Below, in pieces: positions 27,590-37,291 of a stretch of DNA of 64,000 nucleotides (positions are counted from its first letter, which is position 1; every line of letters starts with the position of its first letter). This stretch comes from a virus (Duplodnaviria; Caudoviricetes). Location: the IMG/VR virus record IMGVR_UViG_3300028048_000045, positions 128,001 through 192,000 of that record; one strand, 5' to 3'. The translations under genes were made by a program, and so were the position numbers. Under the pieces are notes generated by a model, which saw nothing but the letters and a program-made list of their open reading frames with translations, had not been told where the DNA came from and did no database searches.

Positions 27590-30172
27590 TTATGAAGGAA
27601 TTTTCTGATGATTAACAAATGGATTATTATCTACTGTAACACCAGCTTTCTTCATAAGATCTGGTAATGATGTGTATTTAACATCATCTAAGAATTCGTA
27701 TGGATCAGGTTCATCAGTATCACCGATTTCCAAGCTAATTGCTGATAAGTACTGATTCAACATCTTTGCAGGTATATTATCAGTTACTTCATCATCAGCT
27801 AAAGGAAGATCATGAAGTCTTGTAGGATCTTCAAACATCAATGATCTAGCCATATCAGATCTTAATTGTGAATTTGTAGACTGTACAGCATAGAATCTGT
27901 TAACCTTTTCAGGATCAACAAGATTTTTAAGGTCATTATTATCCATATCGGACATCTGGTTACAAGTATCACCAAATGGTCTACCAACTTCAGATTTCTT
28001 AACAGATTTGTTAGGAAGTCCAAGTGGAGTAACAGAACCTAATGAACGTGCAGAGAAAGCAGCATCAGGCATCTGTTTAAGAACCATCATGTAAACATCA
28101 GCAATAATGATTTCGTGCTGAGATGTAAATTCACGAACCAATGTATGATCATCTTTCTTAAATACACGAGCTTTAGTAGTGTCGAAAGAATTATGTTTAT
28201 CAAGCTGATTTTCTTTGAATTCTTCTGAATTCCATTCAGATTCATATGCCTGGATATTATTGATGTAGCTTACCAAATCATCAGGTTCGAATGATTCGTC
28301 ACCGATATCTGATTCAGCAATTTCACCATCAGTCCAAACATAATCATCTACCCATTTATTGTCGTTATAAACATCTTTAGGAAGTTTAAGAACGTTTTTA
28401 TTATCGTTAATGTGTAAAATTCCAACTTCATCTGTAACATGTTTTACAGTTGTTTTAGTTTTCTTACCATCTTTAGTTTTGATAACTTTATCAACTGTTT
28501 GAAATATATAGTTATCAGCGATTTCCTTTACAGCATCAATATTTTCTGTTGAATCGTACATTGCTGCTAATTCTGGAGAAACATGATAAGTTCTACACAT
28601 CTTAACTTTAGAAGTTTTAATTTTATACTTTCTTGCAACTCTTTTAAGAATTTCCCATCCAATAGCATCGTGTGCTGGTGGATTATACATCATTATTCCT
28701 AAAGGAGATGTATAAAGATTATTAAGAAGTTCTTCTCTATCTCTATGAGGAATATTATTATAATATTTCTGCCAAAACTGACCCCATTCAGGACTCATAT
28801 CTTTGAGATATTCGAAGTACAACTTATATGAATCTTCCATAGTTTTCTGTTTCTTCATTCTACGAAGAATTTCATCAGAAATGTAACTTATAGTCTGGTC
28901 AAATAACTGATCTGGATTTGTTCGTCCAACAAGACCTGCAGAAGAACAAATAACTTCAGCACGTACACCATTCTTGTCGATAGGCATAAATTCATCAGGC
29001 CATACTTTACCGATTACGGCTTTTCCACCACATCTGTTAGTAAGTTTCATAGCAGATGTAAGACGCTGTTCTTCGGCAGTGTAAATTGTAATATGTGCAA
29101 ATTCAAAGTTACCTGTATTTGAAGAATACTTAATATTTGGAGTTATATAATTTCTTGCATTGAAAAGACACTGCTCCAAACGATCAGTAATATGATTAGA
29201 TTCATCATTTACAATTGGCTGCAACACATTTACAATTTCCTGATTATAACGCAACTGATCATTATAGATCTGCTGCAACTGCTCTCTATGTGGATCAGAA
29301 TTAAGTTCATCAACATCATTTACTTTGATATCAATATCGACTACCTGACCAAAAGCACCGAATTTATTATCAGTAATATGAAGAGTCTGTAAAGCCATAT
29401 CTGTAAAATCTGCAGATATATTTTTCTTATCCATTTTGCGAGTAGCAAATAATATACCTTTAGAGTTTACATATTCTCCTACCATAGGGAGAACTTTATA
29501 TTCCTGATTATTACCATAAATATTGAGAAGAACGTCATTTTTATTAATAACGTATTCTGTTTTGTTTACAGTATGGAATACAACACGTTTAGCAAAAGAT
29601 TCCGAAACTACAATTGAGTCTTCTTTTACTTCAGGAATTAACATAAAAGCTACTTTTGCATTGATTCCATAACGATAATTTCCAAATTCATCAAGAGAAT
29701 TAGCTTTATAAACTACATCGTCTTTTGTAATATATGAACCTGGTCCTTTAGCATCGTTATAAGAAAATGGTCTAAGAAAACCATGTTGATCTGAAAGTTT
29801 CTCATAATGTGAAACTTTGATAACATCGTAATTCTTTGTACCCTGCTCACGTACGACGAGAACATACGACATATCCTGAAATGATGAATGTCGATTAATC
29901 TTTGCAACAATTTCAAGATTTTTATCAGCCTTCATGTAAGAGTTAAGATACTTACCAAATTGTTTTTCCCAACCTGTAAAGTTTCTAGGACTCTCTGGAT
30001 TATCCAGCATCAAATGCTGTGTATAATGGACACTAAACATATGTTGTCGTGGTCCCGCTGCATGAAATGGGTGAGATAATAATCCGGTTGAAAATACTTT
30101 ATTAATATTTTCTCCAGAATATTGCTCAATAAGATACTTCATTTCCTCTTCTGTAATATTAGCACTATTCAC
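27590..30172 (-). CDS. Split RNA polymerase beta-like subunit, C-terminal part (probably non-virion RNAP)
   Basis: RpoB motifs in order: GPRQHMFS..YTQ, GINAKVAFM, EDSIVVSES, KLTNRCGGKAVI..VWPDEFMP, GRTNPDQ, YMMVLKQ, SARS. Confidence 0.9.
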   Translation of the reverse strand: MNSANITEEEMKYLIEQYSGENINKVFSTGLLSHPFHAAGPRQHMFSVHYTQHLMLDNPESPRNFTGWEKQFGKYLNSYMKADKNLEIVAKINRHSSFQDMSYVLVVREQGTKNYDVIKVSHYEKLSDQHGFLRPFSYNDAKGPGSYITKDDVVYKANSLDEFGNYRYGINAKVAFMLIPEVKEDSIVVSESFAKRVVFHTVNKTEYVINKNDVLLNIYGNNQEYKVLPMVGEYVNSKGILFATRKMDKKNISADFTDMALQTLHITDNKFGAFGQVVDIDIKVNDVDELNSDPHREQLQQIYNDQLRYNQEIVNVLQPIVNDESNHITDRLEQCLFNARNYITPNIKYSSNTGNFEFAHITIYTAEEQRLTSAMKLTNRCGGKAVIGKVWPDEFMPIDKNGVRAEVICSSAGLVGRTNPDQLFDQTISYISDEILRRMKKQKTMEDSYKLYFEYLKDMSPEWGQFWQKYYNNIPHRDREELLNNLYTSPLGIMMYNPPAHDAIGWEILKRVARKYKIKTSKVKMCRTYHVSPELAAMYDSTENIDAVKEIADNYIFQTVDKVIKTKDGKKTKTTVKHVTDEVGILHINDNKNVLKLPKDVYNDNKWVDDYVWTDGEIAESDIGDESFEPDDLVSYINNIQAYESEWNSEEFKENQLDKHNSFDTTKARVFKKDDHTLVREFTSQHEIIIADVYMMVLKQMPDAAFSARSLGSVTPLGLPNKSVKKSEVGRPFGDTCNQMSDMDNNDLKNLVDPEKVNRFYAVQSTNSQLRSDMARSLMFEDPTRLHDLPLADDEVTDNIPAKMLNQYLSAISLEIGDTDEPDPYEFLDDVKYTSLPDLMKKAGVTVDNNPFVNHQKIPS

Positions 30173-30230
30173 TTATTTATCCTCCATAAATATTTTCCTG
30201 TTAAGTATTGTATAAATATATAATTAAAAA

Positions 30231-30260
30231 GTAAACTGGATGACCGAAATCATCCAGTTA
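30231..30260 (-). terminator. Intrinsic terminator
   Basis: AACTGGATGA-ccgaaa-TCATCCAGTT. Confidence 0.8.
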
Positions 30261-30272
30261 ACAAATAATATT

Positions 30273-30596
30273 TTAATTATTTATGGATACTTCTTTGTTT
30301 TTTTCAGCTTCTTCTTTCTGCTTATTGAAGAAAATTTCAAATGGACGCCATGTAGATTCTACACCATATTTCTTTTCAGCAATCTGTGCACGAGTCAGTG
30401 GCTTCTTAACTTTAGGTAGTTCTTTTTTATCTGAATCAGATTTATTTTCAGTTTTAGCAGCAGGTTTTTTGTTAGATGTTTTAACAACACGTTTAGCAAC
30501 TGGCTTCTTATCGACAGCTTCAGCTTTCTTTACGAAATCGTTACTGTTTCCTTTAACGACTTCTTTTGGTTCAGTTTTTTCATTTACTTCGTTCAT
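30273..30596 (-). CDS. Small Lys-rich protein, possibly nucleic-acid binding
   Basis: KKPVAKR and KKPAAK repeats; GGGAG RBS. Confidence 0.7.
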   Translation of the reverse strand: MNEVNEKTEPKEVVKGNSNDFVKKAEAVDKKPVAKRVVKTSNKKPAAKTENKSDSDKKELPKVKKPLTRAQIAEKKYGVESTWRPFEIFFNKQKEEAEKNKEVSINN

Positions 30597-30654
30597 ACGA
30601 TGTTTTCTCCCATTATGATCAGAATTTTATATTAATATATAGTATACATTTTAA

Positions 30655-30834
30655 TTATTTATTAAACTGATACTTATCTGTAATCCGTGATTTTAAATTA
30701 TATGGTACAGGATTATTACATTTAGCATCAAAAGCTACTGTAAATTTCAAACGATCCAAATCTTTCCAATTCTTCCAATCATGAATAATGTAAAGATTTT
30801 TATCAAAATCTAATCCTTCAAATGTTTCATTAAA
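30655..30834 (-). pseudogene. 59-codon open frame behind a strong RBS but lacking an in-frame start codon
   Basis: AAGGAG T TAA TTT AAT GAA ACA...; the frame reads FNETFEGLDFDKNLYIIHDWKNW...QFNK*. Confidence 0.35.
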
Positions 30835-30844
30835 TTAACTCCTT

Positions 30845-30875
30845 AAAAAATAAAGGGAGTAAAATACTCCCTTTG
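30845..30875 (-). terminator. Intrinsic terminator
   Basis: AAAGGGAGTA-aaa-TACTCCCTTT. Confidence 0.8.
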
Positions 30876-30893
30876 TATAATTTGATAGTTTGA

Positions 30894-32423
30894 TTACCAA
30901 TTATCACCACAGAGATATTCAGTTTCACCAACTTTTATTTCGTTAGTTGAATAAACTGGTATTTCTACTTTATTATCAATATATGGTTCATCAAATTCAG
31001 TAAGCATCATAATTTCATCTTCACCAAGAGTATTTGTATATCTCTCAACTCTTTCGAAACCATTAGCTACCATATCATGAATTTCAAAATATTCACCATC
31101 AATGATCCAACCATGATTTTCATATCCTGGATAATCCATAGAATAATGGAGGATCAAATAGATACGTGTTTCAAAATCAAGTTCTCCAAGAGCTTTAATA
31201 TCTGGAGGTAATTGATGAAGTAATACTTTACTTATCAGATACAAACGAGTTGTAAAGCTAAGAGCCCTTGCAAGAATTGGATCTTTATGACACAAATCCA
31301 TAAGAGTTTTACGTGTAAACTTGATTTCTGGAAGAATATCAAGATACATACCCATAGGATTACCAGAAATACCCCATTGACCTTCTTCATAGAGAATTTC
31401 AAAGTCTGTAAGTTCTGGTTTGTATCCTGTAGCAGAATCAAATACCATTGGATATCTTACACCTTCTGGACCATTCTTGTTTTTAAGCCAATCCATAAAT
31501 GCAATGATACCATGAACAGCATCTCCAAAGATTTTTGTTTTTTCATTAAACAATCTTTCTTTAACTGAGAGCTGACCAACGCAGAATGACTGATAAAGTA
31601 ATTCTGTACCACCCTTAACTTTCTGATTGTATTTCATACCAGGAAGCTGTGGCTTTGGTGGGTTATAACGATCAAGAACTGGAATTTCTACAAGGTGGTT
31701 AACCATTACGAGACAGATTTTTGCTTCTTCACAAAGTTTCTTAACTTCATTAATAAACATTGTGTTATCTTTAGCAATCTGCATAGCATCCATATTAGAT
31801 GTACCTGCAATTGTATCTGTACTCTTTACATTACCTTCTTTATCAAATTCGAGATCTGTTTTAGAGCGAACTGCAGCGATAGAGTCAATAAGAGCATAAG
31901 TTGTTGGAAGTACTTTAATTGTATCACCGGTAATAGATCTTATACCAGTGTTAATTTCCAATTCTTTTCTATGTGCAATTTTATTTCTAGCCAATACAGC
32001 AAGATCATTATAGATTTCAATGATTGACCACGGTTTAGAAATAATACGACATCTTTCCTGAAGCTGCCAATCATCCCAGCCAGTTACATCTTGAATACGT
32101 TTAGTTGTAGTGTGACCTTCTACATTGTAGAAAATCATTTCCGATACTGGTCCATAAAGTTTACACCAGTTATCAATAGCTGCACCAACCAACTGCAACC
32201 ACAATGTTGTCTTTCCTGATGCCGACAAACCTAATTCTGTATATGGGAAGTTAAATAACCCACCATTAAGAATAGTTTCATCATGTAGGAAAGAACGTTC
32301 AAAGTTACATGACAGAATATCAATAGGTGTCATACCTGTCATCATACCAAATTCAGAATTGAAACTTCCTGCTTTTGCAAAAGTATCATTCACTTTGTTT
32401 ACAGTATTTAGAAGAAAACTCAT
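30894..32423 (-). CDS. uvsX: RecA/UvsX-like recombinase of the phiKZ/AR9 type
   Basis: TGMTPIDIL, Walker A ELGLSASGKTT, FYNVE, Walker B ALIDSIAA, VMVNH, VKGG and KNK, with a long C-terminal extension. Confidence 0.85.
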   Translation of the reverse strand: MSFLLNTVNKVNDTFAKAGSFNSEFGMMTGMTPIDILSCNFERSFLHDETILNGGLFNFPYTELGLSASGKTTLWLQLVGAAIDNWCKLYGPVSEMIFYNVEGHTTTKRIQDVTGWDDWQLQERCRIISKPWSIIEIYNDLAVLARNKIAHRKELEINTGIRSITGDTIKVLPTTYALIDSIAAVRSKTDLEFDKEGNVKSTDTIAGTSNMDAMQIAKDNTMFINEVKKLCEEAKICLVMVNHLVEIPVLDRYNPPKPQLPGMKYNQKVKGGTELLYQSFCVGQLSVKERLFNEKTKIFGDAVHGIIAFMDWLKNKNGPEGVRYPMVFDSATGYKPELTDFEILYEEGQWGISGNPMGMYLDILPEIKFTRKTLMDLCHKDPILARALSFTTRLYLISKVLLHQLPPDIKALGELDFETRIYLILHYSMDYPGYENHGWIIDGEYFEIHDMVANGFERVERYTNTLGEDEIMMLTEFDEPYIDNKVEIPVYSTNEIKVGETEYLCGDNW

Positions 32424-32436
32424 TCTAAATTACCTC

Positions 32437-33270
32437 CTACTCTTTCTTTTCATTTAATTTTTCTGTAGTAGTCTTAAGACCGAAGTCGCTTATTGTTTTA
32501 GGCACGACATTATTAATCCTTTCTAACTTAGTAGAAGGTTTATTTGTCGAAACTTCCACAATATCATTAGCATGATATATATTTAAAGTAAGTTTTCGAC
32601 AACAGGCTTCATCATATCGTTTTAAAGCTTTTTCATATGTATCAGCTCCTAATGGATTCTGACCAGCTCTAATCGTTTCAAGAAGCTTTTGTTCAGCATC
32701 TTCATTTTCCTCATATCTGCACCATAGATAATTACGCACATAGTTAATTATGAATGGTAAACATGATGGTTCCGGACGCTTTACTTTTTTATCTTCATTG
32801 AAGTAATCTTCTTTAGTATAACCAGAATAATACTTAAATAATAAAGATTTAATATTTTTAGAAGTTTCTGCTACGTAATTTAGATAAATCTTATTAACAA
32901 AAATACTAAAAAATGATCTATATTCTTTTCCAGTAGTTAATTCGATTTCAATAAATTGATTTGGACTTAATAAACAATTAATCAATGAACGATAATTGTT
33001 TTTGTAAAGTTCTTTTATAGACGAATCGTTACTAAAAGTAAAATCTTTTGTTGAAAAATTATGTAACTCTTTCAGAATAAAAATATCCAATGCTTCATAA
33101 ATTAAAGACATATCAGATTCTTTTTCTTCAGGAGTTACACTTATAACTGGAGAGCTGTCTTTCTTATGGAATAATTTAGTTTTTAATGAACTTATAATAT
33201 TTCCAAAAAAGAAATTGAATAAAATTGTGACACCGAACATTATTACAATATCGATTAAAGTTATAGTCAT
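32437..33270 (-). CDS. N-terminally membrane-anchored hypothetical protein
   Basis: TM segment ITLIDIVIMFGVTILFNFFFG; GGGAG RBS. Confidence 0.75.
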   Translation of the reverse strand: MTITLIDIVIMFGVTILFNFFFGNIISSLKTKLFHKKDSSPVISVTPEEKESDMSLIYEALDIFILKELHNFSTKDFTFSNDSSIKELYKNNYRSLINCLLSPNQFIEIELTTGKEYRSFFSIFVNKIYLNYVAETSKNIKSLLFKYYSGYTKEDYFNEDKKVKRPEPSCLPFIINYVRNYLWCRYEENEDAEQKLLETIRAGQNPLGADTYEKALKRYDEACCRKLTLNIYHANDIVEVSTNKPSTKLERINNVVPKTISDFGLKTTTEKLNEKKE

Positions 33271-33272
33271 GT

Positions 33273-33941
33273 TTATCTCCCTTTTTGTCCATATGGATCT
33301 TGAAAATTGATTATGTACTGCCCATCATGTATATAAATCGGTTTATCATCTACATCGACAATAATTAATTTATCTTTAATTTTATCATATGTAAAATCGT
33401 GCCACATTTCTACACTAGCTAATACAAAATAATCATTTCCATATGTAACATATTTAGCAAAAGCATACTGTTTTATTTTTTCTACATTATCATTTAAGAT
33501 ATATGAAATGAATTCATCGCTATCTTCAGTAAAATGATAACTTGCTAAATCACAATACAGATCTCCAAATGTATAACCAGCTTTAGCCATCTTATACATT
33601 TTTTCAGTTCTATGTTTTTTAAGAAATTTACAAAGATCATATTTTTGCTGAAGTGTTAATAAAAACCAGAAATGTCTATTAGCAGCACATTGAAAAGCGT
33701 TGTAACAGATCTCCTGCCAGTTTTCACCATCAGTTTCAGAATAACGTTTTTCATATTCCTTAGGAAAGATTATCTTTTTGATAATCTTTCCAGATTCATC
33801 TTTTTCATCAATGAAACCAAATGGTGAAAGTACATATTTGTTACCACAATTACCAGAATTTTTTAAATTCTGTAATGCTATTTCAGGATCTCTGTATCTA
33901 CCTTTACTAGGATTATTATATTGATCCCATTCTGTAATCAT
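33273..33941 (-). CDS. Hypothetical protein (222 aa)
   Basis: Operonic ORF with an AAGGA RBS. Confidence 0.75.
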   Translation of the reverse strand: MITEWDQYNNPSKGRYRDPEIALQNLKNSGNCGNKYVLSPFGFIDEKDESGKIIKKIIFPKEYEKRYSETDGENWQEICYNAFQCAANRHFWFLLTLQQKYDLCKFLKKHRTEKMYKMAKAGYTFGDLYCDLASYHFTEDSDEFISYILNDNVEKIKQYAFAKYVTYGNDYFVLASVEMWHDFTYDKIKDKLIIVDVDDKPIYIHDGQYIINFQDPYGQKGR

Positions 33942-33954
33942 GATTAAAGTCCTT

Positions 33955-34395
33955 TTACAATTTCATATCGTCTTTGCGAGATTTTCTAACAACCCCACCT
34001 AATTTATCAGCCCAAGCTTCCCAAGGCTGTTTATAATAAAATTCAAGATCATAATATTTTTTAAAATATCTATATCTGATTCTATCCACAATATTTCCTA
34101 CAACCGATGGTAAACCGATAAATATTAAATACAGTGGTCCAAGCATTAAACTTTGTTTCTGATGACCATGTTCATGTCTAACTGTTATATATCCATAAAT
34201 AGCATCAATATCTAAGAAAATATAATTTCCTAAAGAAACTCCACAATCGAATAAATGGTCTACTAAATAATAAAGAATACCATCTTTACTAACCATTGGT
34301 TTAATCGATTTACGATTTACAATCATTATTACATATGCGATAATGTGCTGTGGAAGTTGCCAAATTTCTGTTAAAATTCTAAGAAATACTTTCAT
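33955..34395 (-). CDS. Membrane-associated HExxH protein (putative Zn peptidase-like)
   Basis: WQLPQ, GVSLGNYIF, HEHGHQKQS..LGPLYL and WEAWADKLGG: a compact motif set known from bacterial hypothetical proteins. Confidence 0.65.
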   Translation of the reverse strand: MKVFLRILTEIWQLPQHIIAYVIMIVNRKSIKPMVSKDGILYYLVDHLFDCGVSLGNYIFLDIDAIYGYITVRHEHGHQKQSLMLGPLYLIFIGLPSVVGNIVDRIRYRYFKKYYDLEFYYKQPWEAWADKLGGVVRKSRKDDMKL

Positions 34396-34397
34396 AA

Positions 34398-35147
34398 TTA
34401 TTTATTCTCCTCTAAGTATTTAGTTATAAACTCATTGTTTATATTATTTAATCTATCACCAAGTAATAGTTGATCCAACTTTTCTTGTGTGATAAGATGT
34501 TTATTGTTTGCAATAATAGTAGTAGGTTTATATTTAAAATTCTCAGGATATTCGAGTTCGTGTCCTTTAGGATAATTCTCGAGATATTCTTTAAATTTAA
34601 TTTTCGTAGTTTCAGGAATAAATTTTTCATATTCTTTATAAAAACGATCATAATCTCCAATAATCAATTCTGGAGGTATATCTAAAACATGATCGTGAAC
34701 TTGAGCGTGAGCTGTTGGGTTTAGTGGTACTAATCCAACCATAAGTTTATAATGAATCAGTGTTGTTTCTTTTTCAACTTCATTTTCTAAAACCCAGTTA
34801 TCTTGATGTTTATCCATTTGCTTATTGATAACAGCTTCTGCATAATCATAAAGTGTAAATGGATGATGGTGAAACTCCAATTTCATTCCATTTTCAAGAC
34901 TATAACCTTTGAAAAATACACATGATTTGACATCAAGTACACGTTTAAACATATCTATAAGCCATTTGTATTCAAATGAATCTCGTATTTCTTTTTCAAA
35001 ATACTTAATCATATCAGACTTATTAGAATCTGTTATATAGAACTTAGGATCAAATGGATCTTTATTAATGACATCATCATCTACTTGAACTTGCAAATTA
35101 TTTGTAGTTTCAATAATTGTAGTTAATGACTTTTCTTCAGTTTTCAT
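34398..35147 (-). CDS. HNH/His-Me-finger-like protein; paralog of 25549-26283
   Basis: C...LEFHHHPFTLYDY...MVGLVPLNPTAHAQVH. Confidence 0.55.
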   Translation of the reverse strand: MKTEEKSLTTIIETTNNLQVQVDDDVINKDPFDPKFYITDSNKSDMIKYFEKEIRDSFEYKWLIDMFKRVLDVKSCVFFKGYSLENGMKLEFHHHPFTLYDYAEAVINKQMDKHQDNWVLENEVEKETTLIHYKLMVGLVPLNPTAHAQVHDHVLDIPPELIIGDYDRFYKEYEKFIPETTKIKFKEYLENYPKGHELEYPENFKYKPTTIIANNKHLITQEKLDQLLLGDRLNNINNEFITKYLEENK

Positions 35148-35207
35148 TTCTTAAACCTTAAATATTATACTGAGCCAATATAAATTAGCTCAGTACAAAT
35201 ATGAAAA

Positions 35208-36371
35208 TTATTTTATAGATGTGTTTTCGAAAATTGGTGTAAGATATACACTATTTTCAGTTTTAAATTTTGCAGTACAAACATCATCAGATTCTACAAT
35301 AATATTTGAAGGGTCGATAACAGAATCGTTAGCCAAAGCTTCAAAATTTTCAATTGTAAGATTGATGAATGCTTTATATAGAATTGTAGCAATATCTACG
35401 GCTTTTACATGATCAGGATTTGTTCCCTGGATTTCAATTTTTGCACTGTCGAATAAGAATGGAAGATAAACTGTTTTAGAAAGTTCTTCACCAGTTTTAG
35501 ACTGTTCATTGGTAAGCTTAATAAATTCAACAAATTTATCATATGCTTCCAGAGATCTTCCAATAAATTTACCATCAGGTGTTTTTGGAGAGAATTTAAG
35601 AGTTGCATAAATGCGGAATTCTTTGAAATTAGTAGGATCATTTCTGAGCAAACCAATATAATTAATAATCATTCCATTAGAATCGAGATCTATACTATCG
35701 TTACCAATTGGATTAAATACGATAGGACCAAGTGTAAATGGTGCAGGTTTAATAAAACCGGCATTAATTCCATTAGTTACACTTCCCGCAACTTTAAGAT
35801 CTTCAGATGTACTGAAACCAGTCATTTTTTCAAAATCGATAAATGGATATTTTTTACCTTCCAAAACCATTGTAAGATATCCATCACAATATCCAGATGT
35901 GTAAACATCGAAATAAATAATCTGAGCATCGTTAAGTTTTTCAGCATAATCAGATTTTACATGTTTGATTATAGAAATGACAGCAGTTGCAAGTTCGAAA
36001 TTTTTAGTAAGAATAGGTTCTTCTTCAATTGTATTCTTTGCTTCATTATATGCTATAACCACATCATTTGCAAAGTTTACATATTCATTAATATTTCGCA
36101 AATCGATCATAAACGATGTGATAGTTCTATCATCTACACTACCAATTTCCTGAGGAAGTCCATTACAGTATCCGTTTTTCAAAATGTTGATAAAGAAATT
36201 TTTAACTGTTTCTCTATCATTTAAAGCCACATGGGCTTCATTATTGAATACATAAAGTGAACCTTTATTATCTTTTGTAGGAATAATTCCAGTTACTTTA
36301 CAAACCGCAGCTTTTGAATTGTCATTTTTGTCATAAAAATGTTTAATTAAAAAAGAATTATAAGCGCTCAT
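35208..36371 (-). CDS. Hypothetical protein (387 aa)
   Basis: Long ORF; AAGGAG and TTATATTAT upstream. Confidence 0.8.
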   Translation of the reverse strand: MSAYNSFLIKHFYDKNDNSKAAVCKVTGIIPTKDNKGSLYVFNNEAHVALNDRETVKNFFINILKNGYCNGLPQEIGSVDDRTITSFMIDLRNINEYVNFANDVVIAYNEAKNTIEEEPILTKNFELATAVISIIKHVKSDYAEKLNDAQIIYFDVYTSGYCDGYLTMVLEGKKYPFIDFEKMTGFSTSEDLKVAGSVTNGINAGFIKPAPFTLGPIVFNPIGNDSIDLDSNGMIINYIGLLRNDPTNFKEFRIYATLKFSPKTPDGKFIGRSLEAYDKFVEFIKLTNEQSKTGEELSKTVYLPFLFDSAKIEIQGTNPDHVKAVDIATILYKAFINLTIENFEALANDSVIDPSNIIVESDDVCTAKFKTENSVYLTPIFENTSIK

Positions 36372-36476
36372 AATTATCTTTTAACTCCTTATAAATGTAA
36401 GTATATTATAATATAAATTAATTTTTAATGATTTATATACTCTTTTAGGAGAATAAAGAGATTTAAAGGTAAAATT

Positions 36477-37253
36477 ATGGAATTAACTAGACTTATAAAT
36501 AACAACGTTTCCAATACGATTATAGGGAGTAACATAACAGAATATGATCTTAGAAAAGCGCATCCGACAGTTTTAGCATTATTATATCCAAATGATCCAG
36601 CTTTTACATCATTAAGTTCACTTCCAAAAAGTGAATATACTATAAGAATTGGTAATTTAATAAAAGCAAATCCTTTATTAAGAAAGCAAATAGATGCTAA
36701 AATTCTTGAGTTATTTAACAAATTCTTAAAAGTAAATAATATTTCACAAACAAATTTCTTAGGTAGTACACCAGATAGTTTATTAATTGCTAATCAAATA
36801 GCATCAACTACTGTTTTTGATAATATTGCTACATTCAGATGTAAAGAAGGAATTAGTTATACATCATTATTCTATATATCTAAAACTGAATATATTTTAT
36901 TCGATAGAGTAACAAAACGTTTACATATAAAAGGCGTAGGTCAAGAAGAGGAAACAAATAAATACGATTTTGTTAAAATTGTATTGAAAAAGATTTGTTG
37001 TATAATCGATGATTCCATAAATGTTGACAGAATTGAAACTTTACGAAGATTAAAGCAAATAAGATTACAATATCTTACAAATACAAATATCGATATATTT
37101 AGAGATATTAAAAACAAAAATATGCTAAAATATATCGTTGATGGTAGACCTGTTTTTAGTGATGTACCATTAACTGAATCGGAAAATTGTATTTTAGACA
37201 AAAGTAGCAATTATATAAATTTTATATTACCATTAATTCAGATATGTGTATAA
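36477..37253 (+). CDS. Small protein with DNA-polymerase palm-like motifs
   Basis: ITEYDLRKAHP (motif A-like) and LGSTPDSLLI (motif C-like). Confidence 0.45.
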   Translation: MELTRLINNNVSNTIIGSNITEYDLRKAHPTVLALLYPNDPAFTSLSSLPKSEYTIRIGNLIKANPLLRKQIDAKILELFNKFLKVNNISQTNFLGSTPDSLLIANQIASTTVFDNIATFRCKEGISYTSLFYISKTEYILFDRVTKRLHIKGVGQEEETNKYDFVKIVLKKICCIIDDSINVDRIETLRRLKQIRLQYLTNTNIDIFRDIKNKNMLKYIVDGRPVFSDVPLTESENCILDKSSNYINFILPLIQICV

Positions 37254-37260
37254 ATAAAAC

Positions 37261-37286
37261 TGTAGGTGGAGATATCTCCACCTACA
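37261..37286. terminator. Bidirectional terminator between convergent genes
   Basis: Perfect palindrome TGTAGGTGGAGATATCTCCACCTACA. Confidence 0.85.
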
Positions 37287-37291
37287 ATATT

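Noticed and set aside
28188-28597. Possible intein in beta-C (starts near a Cys and contains KHNS)
   Set aside because: There is no block A (C-h-x-x-x-T) or block B (TxxH) pattern, and the HNS does not abut the point where conserved RpoB sequence resumes.
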